The translations under genes and the position numbers were made by a program. DNA of 34,436 nt from Macrostomum lignano. Lineage: Eukaryota. The stretch spans positions 150,001 to 184,436 of the forward strand of contig NIVC01000345.1 in the NCBI GenBank assembly GCA_002269645.1. Reading direction: 5' to 3'. A model generated the notes under the pieces. The model made no database searches. It was not told the origin of the DNA and was given only the letters and a program-made list of their open reading frames with translations. Below are positions 32,234 to 34,436 of this stretch, one piece after another. Each line of letters begins with the position of its first letter. The stretch's first letter is position 1.

Positions 32234-32481
32234 AATCGGTGTCAGTTTTATCAGTAGCTATGCAATTACAAATTCGACTAATTTTAATGCGAAGCCAGTG
32301 AAACTAAAGAATTGAAAAGCTTGTCTCTCAAATACGGCTACGGAATGCAAACCTGATAGTGTTTCACCTGATAGTAATTCAAAAGAATGAACATCGCGTT
32401 TTTTTTCTAAACGACAGAGAAGTCTACGTATTCAGGAAAGAAACTACATCTGCATGTGGTATCTCGTATCAAGTAGCAGCA

Positions 32482-34115
32482 TCAAGTAGCCGTCGCCTTA
32501 ACTTCCTCTGACAGATCGTCATTGTTTTGTAGATTAGTCACCCGAATTTTCGGTCCGAAAGCGACATCGTGCACCAGTTCCAGCAGCTCGCACAGGGTCA
32601 GCAGGGACATGCCCAGATACACGCCCATTATGCCGCCAACGTCCGAGATAAAGTCGGAAAAGTTGTAATCTTTGGAGAATGTCACCCTGTCGCACAATAC
32701 GCGCTCCGGCTTAAAGTGCACTTTCAACAGATTGCTGCTAACGTAGGAGGCAAAGTCGCTTGTTGAATAGTTGTTCAAGAGGTAGTCGAGAGCCGGGACG
32801 CTCTGATTTTTTGCTTGAGCCTTCAACTGAGCCAGCTTCACCGAAGTTTGAAGAAACGATTCAGCCGAGCTTTGTGTAGGCCAATCGGCACTGGAGATGC
32901 TGACGCTGTAGTCCATCAGGCTACATGGACGCTTTGTCTTGCAGAGCTTTTGTGCCTCCACCTCAATCCTATTAATCCGCTGTGCTATCGAAGCATTTGA
33001 GCCAACTCTGATCAGGTCAGCAATTGACACAACTGAAAAGTTATAAGCGAATGCCTTTCCTCTCAACGGCCATGGCAGAGGTGACTGCAAACCAGACGAG
33101 TTTATTATCGACTGGTACTGCCTATGGTACTCATAGTAGTAACAATACGAATAGCTGTACGAATAATTGCTGGGCGTTTGATCGTACAAATTCACAAACT
33201 GAACATCCGCAGCTTCGCTCAGACAGTCGTCAAACTGGCCTTCTTTGTACACGTGCTGCGTCATCCCAATTAAAACGGTGTGATGCTTGGCTGCATCCAG
33301 AGAGAATGACTTCACAAAGTCGGAGGGAATTTCTCCCGGCTGGGTGAGGAACACTCGAGCACCAGACCGCCTGTCCGTGCTGATCAAACTGAGTTCCGAC
33401 AAGAGCCAGTCAGACAGGGGAATTGGGACACCAAAGATGAACACACCAGAGTCGATTCTGACTGATGGGAAACCCGTGTCAACAAACAGACTGAGGATCA
33501 GTCCTGAGTTGGAGCCACCTCGTGAGATTTTTTTCTGCAACTCACTGCTCAGTTTCCACTTTTGGCAGCGAAGAAAGTTTGGGTCGTAGTAGGCTTGTGG
33601 CTGCAGGACTTCATATCCAGGTAAACCAGAATCCTGTTTGTAGATGGCGTAGCTTTCAATGACTGTTTGCTCGGTTCTGTGACCAAGCTTGTCTACCAGG
33701 AAAGTATACGGAGCAGACTGCGGCAGCAGCCCTGAAAGATTCCTGATAAAGCTTCTTGCTGTGAGATCGTCCATTCCATAGCCATGCAATCTGCATAAAG
33801 ATGATAGAGTCCTGATAAAAGCGCTGAGCGGACCGTTGCATTATCAAGCTGGCTGGAGTAACTTGACGATATTGGGTTCTCGAGGCAGACGTAGATATCG
33901 GGAAATTGAAACTCTACCTGGTTAGCCTCCAGGGTCGATGTGACTTGCTGAGACTGCAGTTTGATAATAAAGTCGGAGAATCCTTTTAGAAAGAGGCCCA
34001 GCATAGCGAGGTAAAGCAGTAGCCAACCGACGCGTACATAAATCGGCTTTCCAGAGACGGTTCTGGGAAGTCCGTGAGCCGTTGTCGATTTCAACGCTGC
34101 TTTCAGTGGATTCAT
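32482..34115 (-). CDS. DEG/ENaC (amiloride-sensitive sodium channel family) subunit, ~544 aa, apparently intronless, with one frameshift at ~33695-33845
   Basis: The N-terminal frame has the HG motif (STTAHGL), TM1 (GWLLLYLAMLGLFL) and the post-TM1 motif FPDIYVCLENP. The second frame has GARVFL, pre-TM2/TM2 SDFISDVGGIMGVYLGMSLLTLCELLE with a GxS filter, and a stop at 32482-32484. ATG 34115 is in a GCCATG context after an acceptor-like CTGCAG. Confidence 0.85.
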
Positions 34116-34436
34116 GGCGAGCCTGCAGGTACTGCTGCTCCAAGTAAGTGAAAAAACGTTGGCAAGTTTCTGCCTCATGCAGTTGAGAATGATTGGGTTT
34201 TCTAGTCATCTATAGGCTCTACCGCATTGGTTACTTTGCGGACAGACTAACACAAGTAAAGGCAGGTATGTCCATGAAAAATCGATCGTCTAACTAAATA
34301 GAGAGCACCTGTGTACACATCGCTTTCTGCCGCACTTTTCAGCGCCTAAACAGTAATCTTGTAACAATTGCTTTAAAACTTGATAATAAATTCAGCGAAA
34401 AACAACTTTGTCATACATGCAGTCGGTGGCCAATAA

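Noticed and set aside
34116-34178. Upstream ATG extending the DEG/ENaC N-terminus
   Set aside because: An acceptor-like CTGCAG and a better GCCATG context favour 34115, with the HG motif at the normal distance from it; the extension cannot be excluded.

Overview
Eukaryotic (animal) genomic DNA. A flatworm such as Macrostomum is my guess from the repeat-filled introns and gene content; this is inference only. Most long ORFs in the track are artefacts of tandem repeats. Splice-aware reading of the minus strand gives four loci: (1) a complete 7-exon, 366-aa clockwork-orange-like bHLH-Orange repressor gene (13680->6699); (2) a 4-exon, 553-aa SWAP/SFSWAP splicing-regulator gene (26532->17891) that seems to lack the RS domain; (3) an apparently intronless DEG/ENaC channel ORF (34115->32482) with one frameshift and a cysteine-depleted thumb; (4) fragments of a secreted ALK/LTK-type glycine-rich protein gene. 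Mobile DNA: a decayed RT+RNase H non-LTR retrotransposon with an inverted 5' segment, two copies of a tRNA-derived SINE with target-site duplications, and a 722-bp MITE. The most striking structural feature is that five of the nine introns in the two spliced genes are filled almost edge to edge by a different tandem repeat each. One 3.5-kb intron is built from a 15-mer that runs continuously from the splice donor to the acceptor. I see no clear new enzymatic system; the best candidates for novelty are this repeat/splice-signal architecture and the variant regulators.
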